From Haliotis rufescens (lineage: Eukaryota): 64,000 nucleotides of DNA. The stretch covers positions 36,704,001 through 36,768,000 of the forward strand of contig NW_025963802.1 in NCBI RefSeq assembly GCF_023055435.1, written 5' to 3'. The position numbers and the translations under genes are program-made. The first letter of the stretch is position 1; every line of letters begins with the position of its first letter. This document shows positions 1 through 11,265 of this stretch, piece by piece. The notes beneath the pieces are model-generated. The model saw nothing but the letters and a program-made list of their open reading frames with translations. It made no database searches and was not told where the DNA came from.

Positions 1-579
1 CACCTACCGAGCTAGAATATGATCTTCAGCACCATCGTCATCACGTCGTCTCTTTTCTCCGAAAAGGGATTTCCTTGTTCCATGGAAACCAGTCCTCCTG
101 TGATCCAAAGGTAGTGGCGACACCTGATAAAGAAACATATCCCACCAAATGTTTTATTTGGATTAGACTTTTTTTATGAATATAGATATTTCTGGCAAAT
201 ATTATATTTTGTTTCAAGCATTTACAGGATAGTATATTGATATACCTAAGTATTTCTGCAAATAAAAACTGCCCATAGTGTTAAATGAAATGTAACAAAC
301 CTCGCTATCACTGCCAAGAGATTCAAAGCCACTATCTCGAGAGTTGTCTTCATCGAAAACTAGGCTCTGCTTGATAAAGATTTCGGGTGAAGTCGGACAC
401 TCAAGGTTATTTGACAGGTCACTGGAAAACTGAAAAGAACTATTTTTCATATGATTGTTTTCATCCTTTAATTGTTTCTTATTATGATTAAATGAACATA
501 AGAAGTCGGTCTTTTGGTTGTGAAACAAGTCAAAATGTTATTATAAATTAATACTTACCGAGAGCTGCCTTCTTGACAT
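1..579 (-). pseudogene. cdc25: Cdc25 phosphatase copy 1, 5' part only (runs off window start); probable pseudogene
   Basis: Exons 579-559 (MSRRQLS, then GTAAGT donor), 429-301 ([18 protein letters not shown]...[12 protein letters not shown]) and 123-1 ([27 protein letters not shown]...). In-frame TAG at 6-4 where copy 2 has CAG. Confidence 0.8.
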
Positions 580-656
580 TATGACACAAGTATAATATTG
601 GTAAGAAATGTAAGTTGGACAATTGAACAGTTTTAAGGCGAATGACACAATGTCTG

Positions 657-658
<2 letters not shown>

Positions 659-696
<38 letters not shown>

Positions 697-864
697 GCAT
701 TAAGTGTTTAAGAGGTCGCCTTCTGCTTAAGCAATTTCGGCTGACCTGTCCCTCTGTGTGTGAGTAGGGTACACATGTCTATTGTGAGTTTGGTATTCAC
801 CGCTAAAGCATCTCTTGGCTTTAGGAGATCTATGACAGATAGTGGATCTAACTGCAATTTTTGT
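659..864 (-). mobile_element. Short retroposon / 5'-truncated non-LTR 3' end with (CAA)n tail, inserted upstream of the copy 1 ATG
   Basis: 11-bp target-site duplication CAATGTCTGTG at 648-658 and 865-875; (GTT)13 tract at 658-696; the paralogous site in copy 2 (~8485-8495) is empty. Confidence 0.8.
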
Positions 865-894
865 CAATGTCTGTGCATTCTCCTGTCTATATAT

Positions 895-1260
895 ATACCT
901 ATACAAAAACAACACATTAACATAACAAAGAAAGCACTCGTTAATCGGTTCATTATTCATTTAACCGTACTTTATTCATAACGAATAATGAAAACATAGT
1001 TAAACCCTAACGAGGGTGTGCGGGGGATTGTCCCGGGGTAATCCAATGTGCCGATGGTCCATGTATTGATAACACAGAATTCAAACAGGTTTGGTCGTCA
1101 GTTGAATGACAATTGAGGACAATTTGTATTTACTTTGGGAACAAGATATTTAATACGGGCACACTTTTTACGTGAATTCCCCACTGGTTTGGTTAAGGTG
1201 TAAAGTAAGCAGATTTATCAAGGGACTGTCAGGATGATCTGGATTAGCTTGATTAGGATC
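895..1260 (-). promoter_or_regulatory. Conserved upstream module of copy 1 (internally deleted)
   Basis: Aligns by eye to the module that precedes every Cdc25 copy; regulatory function is inferred. Confidence 0.55.
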
Positions 1261-2334
1261 ATCCTTGTAGAAAACGTCTGAATGGTTGGACGGTTGTTAA
1301 CTGAAATTAAGTAACAGTGAAATGTTCAGCTAGCTTTAGAAGAGACATAAATTTCTGTTCATATATACAGACATGTTTTGTGTACAATTTCTAGGCTTCC
1401 TACACCTGTTATCGCGTTGTTACAGACATTTGTGTTTATCTTTGTTTACTTACAAGCTTGTATGGCTATGGCGTGGCTTCCTTCCAAAATGCATGTTAAG
1501 GCTAAATATATGGGTGAGTGAGTTGGGGTTTTTTTTGCCGCTTTAGGCAAATCACGAAGGAGAAAGAAATGGGCTGAGAGAGAGAGAGAGAGAGAGATTA
1601 CAATATTTTCAATTGCAATGCTTACAGATTCCTGTTTTATTTGTATCTCAACTCTAGTGTTACATTTAGATACAAAGCATACATCGCATTCACATCAGAA
1701 GAACAGGAGCCATAAAAAGGAAAAAGTTCATAAATAGACAATATTAATAATGATAGAAGGAGTGTGTTGCATAGAGAAATTTCCAATATAGTTGGAGGAT
1801 ATATAATAGTTAATTAGCATCATGCATGTGGATCCTATTTAGGTGGTTAAACGTGCGTCCTTGAAATACTATTTAAAAGCTATTTTGAAAGACGATAATT
1901 GTACATGCTCGCGTCTGTTGCATGTTTCACGTCATGACTATTTCTGAACCAAAAATACATGAAGAATATGTTCGTAAGAAAAATGATGTTATAACATGTC
2001 CTAAAGGGTTAGAGACTTTAGTTCTAATACCGCTGTTATCCTATTGCAGCCATTTCAAAATAAGATCTCACAATTCATAAAGGTCCTCACAATTCTAGTG
2101 TTAAAGTTAGATACAAAGCAAAGATCGCATTCACATTTGAAGAAATGGAGCTACTCAAAGGAACACAGGCTTAAACACATAATTACTTCATACACTATAT
2201 ACCATGTCTTTAAGCAGATATTGTTTACGCTTATGGAAATGGTTTTGTCACTTTTTTATTTATTAAACTGTGTATGGATATTGACAATCTATTCCGGCGC
2301 ATCTTCTTTATTCTAAAATTTAGAATCTTCTACT

Positions 2335-2680
2335 TCGCACCTTAACCCCTCCCTTTGGCTTCATGCAGAAAGTGTATCTGTATACAGTAAAATATCGTTC
2401 TTAAGTGACATTAAGCTAACGATCTAAACCCTGCATTATCCCATATTATATCGGTACTTTTGATGGCTAACTTGGATTATTACCAGACCTTAATCCCTCA
2501 CACCTTGTTATATGTAGCTAATATCCACTGGACGTACAAGCGATAGTACTTTCACACAAAGCCCACATTGTTGTCGGGTCGCTTAATGTGTTAATGTTTA
2601 TCTTCGTTTTCATTTGACAGTAGAAAACAATGTACGCTCAATTGGGCAATGAGCTTATCAACGAGTGTTATCTTTGTTGC
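2335..2680 (+). promoter_or_regulatory. Diverged upstream module preceding Cdc25 relic A
   Basis: Retains module blocks such as TAATCCCTCACACCTT, ACAAGCGAT, AGCCCACATT and ATCAACGAGTGTT. Confidence 0.5.
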
Positions 2681-2973
2681 ATACGCGTGTACTTGATTCA
2701 GTAACTGTATACACACTTCAAATACAACAGAAATGGTATCATTCACCTGCTCTCTATTTGGCCCATAGTATTGCAAAACCTATTTGAAGAATCTATTCAA
2801 TAACGTGAAGAAGTCAGCTTTCCCTTCACGAACATCATATCTACAGTAAAGGTTTGTTAATCTGTTGTTATCAATAACTTTGTCTGATCAAGAATAATGT
2901 TCACAGTATTACATGAAAGCATAAAAATTAATCTGATATATAATATAAAGAAATACTTATATTTTCCATTCAG

Positions 2974-3570
2974 GTTTTAAAGTCAGAATTTACAGGAAGT
3001 CTTCATCCTAAAGAGCCTCGACGACGAAGATTTCACAAAACAGTCTTTGAGTCTTTTTGCAGCGACAGCGAGAATTGAAAAGTTTCATATTATGCAGCAT
3101 ACANNNNNNNNNNNNNNNNNNNNNNNNNNNNNNNNNNNNNNNNNNNNNNNNNNNNNNNNNNNNNNNNNNNNNNNNNNNNNNNNNNNNNNNNNNNNNNNNN
3201 NNNNNNNNNNNNNNNNNNNNNNNNNNNNNNNNNNNNNNNNNNNNNNNTCAGACAATGTCGCTAATTGACTCAAAATATATAGAAGTGACATCGGAAATTG
3301 TGAAGAGAGTTTCATAAAACAAATGGTCTTATCGGTGATGGTTATTAGTCACCATCAGAAGGAGAGAAACAGAGCATACCCAGTCGACGTCTCCACATTG
3401 ATGTGTCTCCACTCAAGCTATCTCCAGTCTGATTTGACTGAAATACTCTGGCGATGGTGTTGATACCTGCGTGTTGAGGTTTTAGGGAAAGACAATTTAC
3501 AGGCTGTTCGTTGTTTTGTTACCGTGTTGTGATACATTAGTGTTGTATATCATTGTTCAATGTGAATAAA
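2974..3570 (+). pseudogene. cdc25: Cdc25 relic A: decayed exon 1, end of exon 2 fused to tail of last exon, and 3'UTR; catalytic domain absent
   Basis: 2974-3072 resembles EVFI.KSL.DDED...FES.CSDSE; ~3281-3348 resembles EVTSE...LIGDG; then GEKQSIPSRRLHIDVSPLKLSPV* (TGA 3430-3432); 3'UTR-like sequence with AATAAA at 3565-3570. Confidence 0.75.
3104..3247. other. Assembly gap (144 N)
   Basis: Run of N. Confidence 1.
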
Positions 3571-5379
3571 CTCAAGACACTCACCTATTTCCATGTCCTC
3601 ATGTCTAATGAACCTACCATTTAACATTCTGGTCGGGGGACTTAGGTTCAAGATAGAGACAAAATATGTGTCGTTACCTGATTGAAAGCATACAGCATAT
3701 TTTTGTTACCTCTTCTCAAACAGCACCATCGATAATCTCTGTTGATGTTGTCTTATCACTCCTATTTTATCTGCTACCTTACTGTGTGATGAAACGCCAT
3801 GCCCTCACTCACTCATTGATACTGTGGCTGACAACTTCCTTGCGTTTCCAATTACAGATACAAGAGTGTAAAAAGGCATTGATGGATAAATCTAGACTGA
3901 TGGGCAAAAGAAACTATACCTCTCTATTGATTTTGTCTTAAATGTGTTAGATTTTCAATTGAAAATATCCTAAGTTGTCGATATTATATAAAAGAAATTA
4001 CTGAACTGGATGTAAGTTAGCACTCAATGAACGCTTCTGTATGGTTGTATTTCTAAGAATATATTTTGATTTAAAACTTTACATTCACAACTGCTGGTGG
4101 GTATCTTAGATATCTTATATTTTTAAATAAATAAATTTCTTTTTTTCGAAAAATAATTACAACATTCCAAACATAGTAGGGGTCATGTGGTTGCAAATTC
4201 ATTTCTAACCATAGTCTTCATTGAACCAATTTATATTTACACACAATTACCACCAAGCCACAGATAAATGTTCACAAACTTATGCAGGAATGAGTGATGG
4301 TTAAAAAAGACAATCAAGTTTAACTAATCTTTCAATTTTCAGTGACAAAGCGTGGATATTTACATGTAAAGTAAAGATATGATAGTAACATGTTTGTGAT
4401 ACGTTTTCGGTATCCAGTTTGTGGTTTCTTACTAAACACTCGACATTTTGATTATTACTTATACAAATCTGGTCACCACATACTCAAATATTATGATAAT
4501 CATCAAACGGTAAAGTATTTTAGTGTCATTGTAAAAATGTAAGAAAATCTAGTACATCATTTTTAGAAGTTTACCTCGCATTATTATTATGACAAGAAAC
4601 GGTTCTCATTTTCGACCGCATCCCTCCAAGCTTAAAACTTGCAATTAAAGCTTTTTCATTTTTTTAAATGCTGAAGTTTCTTTTGGTCGTCGGTTTAGAT
4701 TTATTTATATGTACCTTGAACACTTACTTAAGCTCAATTTATGTCTGTATATACAATTTATATCAGACTTCAGCATATGGATGAGTTGGGGGTTAATGCT
4801 TCTCTGAAGATTAGAGTTAAACCTTAAAGTTTTTCATCTTAAGATGGTAGGAAAGTAAAATTGCCAGATTGTGCAGGGTTTGGAACTGTGACAAATCATG
4901 AATACAAAAACGTGTTTATTAAGAGCAGGCTCTTAAGATGCTCCTCAACAAACCATCTCGTATGTCACTTCACAGACAATAATGTAAAGATTGTTGTTGT
5001 TACTGCTGCTGTTGTTGTTATGCGCCTGGTTATTACTTTACACAGAATTTCACCGGAGAGGCAGGATAAAATCATCTTTTTGCGAACACCTGCTATCATC
5101 ACTATTTTTTAATGATTCATAAATACATGATCATAATATCGAAATTGGACAATGGACTTTTGATTATTGAAAGGGTTTCGTCGTCTTAATGTAATTCCAG
5201 CTGTATTGTATAAATATAAGTGACAAAAACATCAGTTTCGTCATTGATGCTGATAAAAAGGGTGGAATCAGATAGAGATAACGTTTAGGTTTTTTCGTTT
5301 CATAAATGTACAGTTTGATTTTACTGTTCTGCCAACATGTTGGTACTAGTTTCTTATTTCACAAAAGATAAACGTAGAA

Positions 5380-6300
5380 GGTGATGATCCTGGCGGTCAT
5401 ACAACCAAGTACAATTCATTCGTTGTCGCATTGTGGCTTCCTTATCTTAAAGGGAAGCTAGGACAGGTTAATTGACAGCCCCAAAAACATTGATTCCAGT
5501 CTTTCAAACACCACTCTGCTCAAATTGTATAAAGCATGGGAATCTGACAAACAAAGGCACGTCAACATAAGGATTTTCAGCGGTTATTGTTTTTGTCACT
5601 GATGTGTCTTATTTGGAAATGTCCTCCACATATCTTCCATAATACTGTTTGAAAGCTTTTCTAAGGCTTTGAATGTTGAATATCAGATCATGGACATACT
5701 TGAAGCCTATGTTAAACGTTTTGGCCAGATTCCCTTGTTTTGACTTTACCAATCCCAGCTGATAATTTCTTATTTCTATGCATAAAAAAACATATCAACC
5801 AGAAGGGGAGGACAGTTGGTGCCCACTGAGATGCCTTCTTCTTGCCTTAATGTTTTATCTCCAATTTTTACATAGATATAATCAATGTAGAAGTCAAGCA
5901 TTTCACGTATTTTCTTCTCAGTAAACTTCGGACGGCATTTGCTTTCATTTTTGACAAACTACCCCGAACCATAAGAAATAGATATACAACTATGGACATC
6001 GAAATGATTCAAGGAATGAATGTTTCGTTAAGTTTGTGATGTGGGATAGTTGTGTTGTTGAAAACTCAATTGTTTTGACGGAATTGAACTTGGTTCTTTT
6101 CTGAGATTAGAAACATTCAAGTAAATACGTCGAGTATTTGTTAATCCACATGGTATTAATTCCTCAAATACTTTCTGTACAAACAAAGAAAGTCCTTCCT
6201 TGATTATATTAAGGATTCTGGTTAAACTTTAAGAGATATATTCGGTAGAGTTTCTGGATCCAATCATGTATTTCGCTCTGTGCGGGTTTGTATGGAACAT
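5380..6300 (-). mobile_element. Decayed Penelope-like retroelement reverse transcriptase fragment
   Basis: Minus-strand peptides HTNPHRAKYMIGS, MWINKY, RQEEGISVGTNCPPLL (GIPMGTNCAP-like), FKYVHD (YxDD-like) and LRKAFKQYYGRY; many stops. Confidence 0.7.
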
Positions 6301-6528
6301 TTATAAAGAAAAAAAGGAAATGAACAAAATGTAAGTCAGTATTTATTTTTATTGCACGAATGTTGTATCACAGATTGGGTGGTAAAACAGGTCAACATAT
6401 GTATAAAGTATTCAGTTATTGCCTCAACATTCAGGCACCAAAACAACAATAACAATAGCAATAAATAAGTCTCTCAAAACCGATGGTCGGGTAGTATCTG
6501 AAATCTGATTCATCATTTCATCTTCAGA

Positions 6529-8402
6529 TTACCAAAGAGGCATCTTGAGCGGAGACGTGTCTATTATGAGACGTCGACTGCGCATGCCCTGTTTCTCTCC
6601 TGCTGTCCACGACTTGGACTTCACCCGGAAGTGACGTAGTTGTTTGGAGTAATCCTGGTGCAGCATGGGAACGTAGTTTCTTGGTTGACACTGAGTCTGA
6701 AATAGAGTTGTAAAGACACATTATTACATAACATTTTACAAAAAAAGTAGTACAGTACAAATAACTCTGCTTTATTAAAATGTATATGAAAAACGTATAC
6801 ATGTACACTAAATATAGACATATTTATCTTTCCGGAAAAGGGACTCCCGTTAATTTCAAACGTTTCTCAACCTACCTGATGTTGTTCATGGAAGGCCTTG
6901 TATCCACCATCTAACAGGTATACTTCCGGGTAGCAGAGGAAAGGGTAACGGTCACTGTTCAGCTTCCGGTCAAGGTTTCTAAGGCAGCGCAATCTGTATC
7001 AGAGAACCGTTTTATAACGAGAGGCTAAGATATGCATGCTTGTTTGAGTGTTCATTTAAACTGAGCATCGTTATCGTAATGTTAGAATCGTTCAGTGTCT
7101 CAAGTGAGGAATGTGACAAAATACTTACAGTTTCGGGCCTCTCTCTGAGGAAAATTCACAGTGGAAGACCAGGATGTTTCGTTGAATGGAGTCCCTCCCT
7201 TGTAGGCTGGTCACTAAGTCTGTGATCAGAGTCTCGTTGTGAAGGTTCTCGGCACCCTGAAGTAAATAATTAGTAAAATGTAAATGTTACTAGATGTTAG
7301 GCAAAATACAATCAATATGCTCTTAATGTATTATTCTATGAACAATATTACATGGCCATGGTTGTACTGTTTATGTAAAGACAGTAGCATACCTCAATGT
7401 GACCACCTTCATATTCATATGGGTAACGACAGTCGATGATCCTGTAGCTGGAAATGACGTCATCGTACTGTCCTGCCAGAAGCTGACTGACTGTGTGTGG
7501 AGCCACAGACTTGAGATCCTTGTGTCTTCCTTGTATGGTTGGTAGACTATGATTCTGGAACACAAACACTAACGTTATTGATATAAATTTGAAGTTGTTT
7601 TCCAGTTATCTCGTTATCTTCAAAATCAGCGTGCATTTTTTAACTCTAAAGAATGTATTTGATTGATAAATATGAAATAATTAGTCTCCAACTGACCTGT
7701 GAGCCATCACCGATAAGATCAGTGCCCTGTTCCATTTTGTCGACGGCTGACTTTATAACATCTGACGTGACTCCTGTTTGGGCTTTGGGGACAACATTGG
7801 TTGTTTTAAGTTTCTTCATCTGCCGAGCTAGAATATGATCTTCAGCACCATCGTCATCACGTCGTCTCTTCTGTCCGAAAAGAGATTTCCTCGTTCCATG
7901 GAAACCAGTTCTCCTATGATCCAAAGGTAGTGGCGACACCTAATGAAGAAACATATCATCAAATGTTTTATTTTGATTAGAATAATGTTTAAGAATATAC
8001 ATATGTCTGTCAAATATTCATTTTGCTTGTTTCAAGCGTTTACAGTATGGTATTTATATACTAAGTATTTCTGCAAATAAGAACTGCCCATAGTGTTAAA
8101 TGAAATATAACAAACCTCGATGTCACTGCCAAGAGATTCAAAGCCACTATCTAGAGAGTTGTCATCATCGAAAACAAGGCTCTTCTGGGTGAAAACTTCC
8201 GGTGAAGTCGGACACTCAAGGTTATTTGACAGGTCACTGGAAAACTGAAAAGATGAAACGAAATAGTTTTCATATGTTTGTCTTCATCCTTAGTTTTTTT
8301 CGAATTATGATTAAATGAACATGAGACGCCGGCCTTGTAGTTGTCAAACAAGTATAAATGTCGCAATAAATAAATAGTTACCATGATCTGCTTTCGTGAC
8401 AT
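6529..8402 (-). CDS. cdc25: Cdc25 M-phase inducer phosphatase copy 2, 7 coding exons, 322 aa, intact
   Basis: Exons 8402-8382, 8244-8116, 7939-7697, 7554-7393, 7256-7129, 6993-6876, 6696-6529; all introns GT-AG and phase-consistent. Motifs [49 protein letters not shown]. Confidence 0.92.
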
Positions 8403-8509
8403 TATGACACAAGTATTTTCAAATTGTTTCTGTAATGCTAAGAGATGTAAGTTGGACAGTTGAACAGTTTGAAGTCGAATGATACAATGCCTGTGCACTC
8501 TCGTGTTTA

Positions 8510-8958
8510 TATACCTGTACTAAAACAACATATTAACATAACAATGAAAACACTCGTTAATCGTTTTATTATCCAGTTAACCTTCTCTATTCATAATGGC
8601 TATTGAAAACATAGTTAAACGCTTACCCAGTAAGAAAGTGCGCTTGGTGTGAATGTACGATTGCTTGCGTCCCCCGTAGATATGGAGTCGCCCATACGAG
8701 GGTGTGAGGGAGATTATCCCGAGGTAATCACAAGGTAGGACATCAAATGTGCCGGTAATCCATGTATTGATAACATAGAATTCAAGTAGTTTTGGTCGTC
8801 AGTTGAATGACAATTAAGGACAATTTGTATTTACTTTGGGAACAAGATATTTAATACAGGCACACTTTCTGCGTGGATTCTCCATGGGCTGGGTTAAGGT
8901 GTAAAGTAAGCAAATTTATCAAGCGGTTGTTAGGATGATCTGGATTAGCTCGATTAGA
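8510..8958 (-). promoter_or_regulatory. Conserved upstream module of copy 2
   Basis: Full-length match to the module upstream of the other copies. Confidence 0.6.
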
Positions 8959-9267
8959 CCCACCCTTGTAGAAAACGACTGAATGGTTGGATGGATGTTA
9001 ACTGAAATTAGGTAACACAATGAAATGTTTTGTATTTCATATTGGTTTCGTGTTCTAGTTCAGCTTTAGAAGAGACATATATTACTGTCGTCATAAACAG
9101 ACATGTTTTGTGTGCAATTTCTTATCTAGGTTGCCAACACCTGTTGAATTATCACGCTGTTTCAGACATTTGTGTTCATTTATGTTTGCTTAAAAGGGTA
9201 ACTTGGTTTGTTTGGCTTCGATAAATGTGGCATACTTCCAAACTGCAAGTTAAGGCCAAATATATGG

Positions 9268-9425
9268 GTGAGTGAGTTAGTTTTTTCGCTTGAGCAATAT
9301 GCCAGGCAAATCACGGGAGGTACACCAGACATGGGCTTCACACTCTGTGTCCATGTGGGGAATCGAACCCGGACATTCGGCGAAACGATCGAATGCTTTA
9401 TGCACATGGATATCCCATCGGCTCT
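9268..9425 (-). mobile_element. tRNA-derived SINE (decayed)
   Basis: Minus strand has B box GGTTCGATTCCCC, core GTGTGAAGCCCAT...TCTGGTGT and an (ACTC)n tail. Confidence 0.7.
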
Positions 9426-9654
9426 GGGATCAATTTCAACGGATAGTTTGGCGAGAGAGAGTGGAGGGGAGAGAGATTTATAAAGGATGTACACATCATT
9501 TGCATGTTTCAAACCATGTCTCTTGCTAAAACAGAAATACATGAATAATATGTTTGTAAGAAAAAATATGTTAGAACATGCCCGTAAGAGTTAGAGAATT
9601 GAGTTCTAATACCAATGTTATCCCATTGCAGCCATATCAGGATGGTCCTCACAA

Positions 9655-9722
9655 ATCACGCGGGGAATCGAACCTAGTTCTTTGGCGTGACGAGCAAACG
9701 CTTTAACCACTAAGCTATCCCT
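9655..9722 (-). mobile_element. tRNA-like head of the same SINE family
   Basis: A box TAGCTTAGTGG and B box GGTTCGATTCC; matches the head of the 9268-9425 element. Confidence 0.65.
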
Positions 9723-10024
9723 TGAATATGTTCCAAGGATCTTAATATATGACGTATCCGACGCGAGAAACAATGCATTTCCTTCCTCAATTCGACCAAG
9801 GGTTTGCTTAAACACATATAATACTTCATACACCACATACCATGTCTTTTAGCAGATATTTCCTACGATTATGGAAATGGTTTTGTCACTTTTATTTATT
9901 AAACTGTGTATGGATGTTGAATAATCTATTCCGGTGAATCTTCTTTATTCTAAATAAATTCTGTTTTCTTCTACAGGGAACATATTCCATCTTTTCCACT
10001 ACCTTCCTTTTCAAACTGTTCTGA

Positions 10025-10375
10025 CTTAGCACCTTAACCCATCCCTCGGGGTTTATACAGAAAGTGTGTCTGAAATACACTTAAAATTCTTAAGTTCTTA
10101 AGTTCTTAAGCTTACGATCTAAACCCTGCATAAGCCCATATTATATCGGTACATTTGATGGCTAATTTGGATGATTACCAGAGCTTAATCCCTCACACCT
10201 TGGTATATGTAGCTAATATCCACTGGACGCACAAGCGATCGTACTTTCACGCCAAGCCCACATTGTTGTCGGGTCGCTTAATGTGTTAATGTTTATCTTG
10301 GTTTTCATTTCATAGTACAAAACAGTATACGCTCAAATGGGCAATGAGCTTATCAACGAGTGTTATCTTTGTTGC
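10025..10375 (+). promoter_or_regulatory. Diverged upstream module preceding Cdc25 relic B
   Basis: Paralogue of 2335-2680. Confidence 0.5.
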
Positions 10376-10722
10376 ATCCACGTGTAGTTGTTGATTAAGT
10401 AACGGTATCCATACTTCAATTACAATAGAAATGATATCATTCACATGCTATCTATTTTATTCCTAAAGGTTACAGAAAAAATTTCAACAATGTATTCAAT
10501 AATGTGAAGAAGTCAGCTTTCAGTGAACATAAGCGACAAAACCCTTTCCTTTCACTGACATCATCGACAGAATAGGTTTGTTAATCAATTGTTATCAACA
10601 ACATATATTTTTGTCTGATAAAGAATAATGTTCACCGTATGAATCTGATGATATAAAAAAACACTTATTTTTTTCATTGTTGTTTTTTCATGGGCTATTC
10701 GAGAAAAGCACTTACAGTGAAA

Positions 10723-11265
10723 GTCGGGATATACAGGAAGTCTTCAACCCTTAGAACCTCGACGACGAAGATTTACAAGTCTAGCGAGAATTGAAAAAGT
10801 CTCATATTATACAGTAGACAAACAGTACAGTTTCAAATGAATGAATGAATGAATGAATGAATGAATGAATGAATGAATGAATGAATGAATGAATGAATGA
10901 ATGAATGAATGGAGATCATCAATCCTTTGGTAACGCCAAATAACACTATAGATCAGACAATGTCGCTAATAAATCCAAATAGAAGTGACATCGAAAATGA
11001 TGACAAGAGTTGGATTTACAAAATTGTCATCGGTGATAGTTAACAGTCGCGATCAGCAGTAGAGAAACAGACCATACCTAGTCGACGCCTCCACATTGAT
11101 GTGTCTCAACTCAAACTATCTCTTGTGTGATTTGACTGAAATGCTATGGCGATATTGATACCTGCGTGTTGAGATATTAGCATATGACAATTTACAGGCT
11201 GTTCGTTGTTTTGTTACCATGTTGTGATACATTAGTGTTGTATATTATTGTTCGATGTGAATAAA
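10723..11265 (+). pseudogene. cdc25: Cdc25 relic B, paralogue of relic A; catalytic domain absent
   Basis: Exon 1 remnant 10723-10788; exon 2 end ~10981-11046 (..ATCGGTGATAGTTAACAG) joined to the last-exon tail (EKQTIPSRRLHIDVSQLKLSLV*, TGA 11128-11130); AATAAA at 11260-11265. Confidence 0.75.
10836..10911 (+). repeat. (AATG)19 microsatellite
   Basis: Perfect tetranucleotide repeat. Confidence 0.97.

Noticed and set aside
214-528. Single-exon 104-aa ORF suggesting an N-terminus starting at MKNSSFQ
   Set aside because: The equivalent ATG is out of frame in copy 2; a phase-0 micro-exon with GT donor and CAG acceptor explains both copies.
9655-9722. Possible tRNA gene (A and B boxes, GTC-containing loop)
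   Set aside because: No convincing acceptor stem, and it matches the head of a SINE family present at 9268 and 26315; tRNAscan-SE would settle it.
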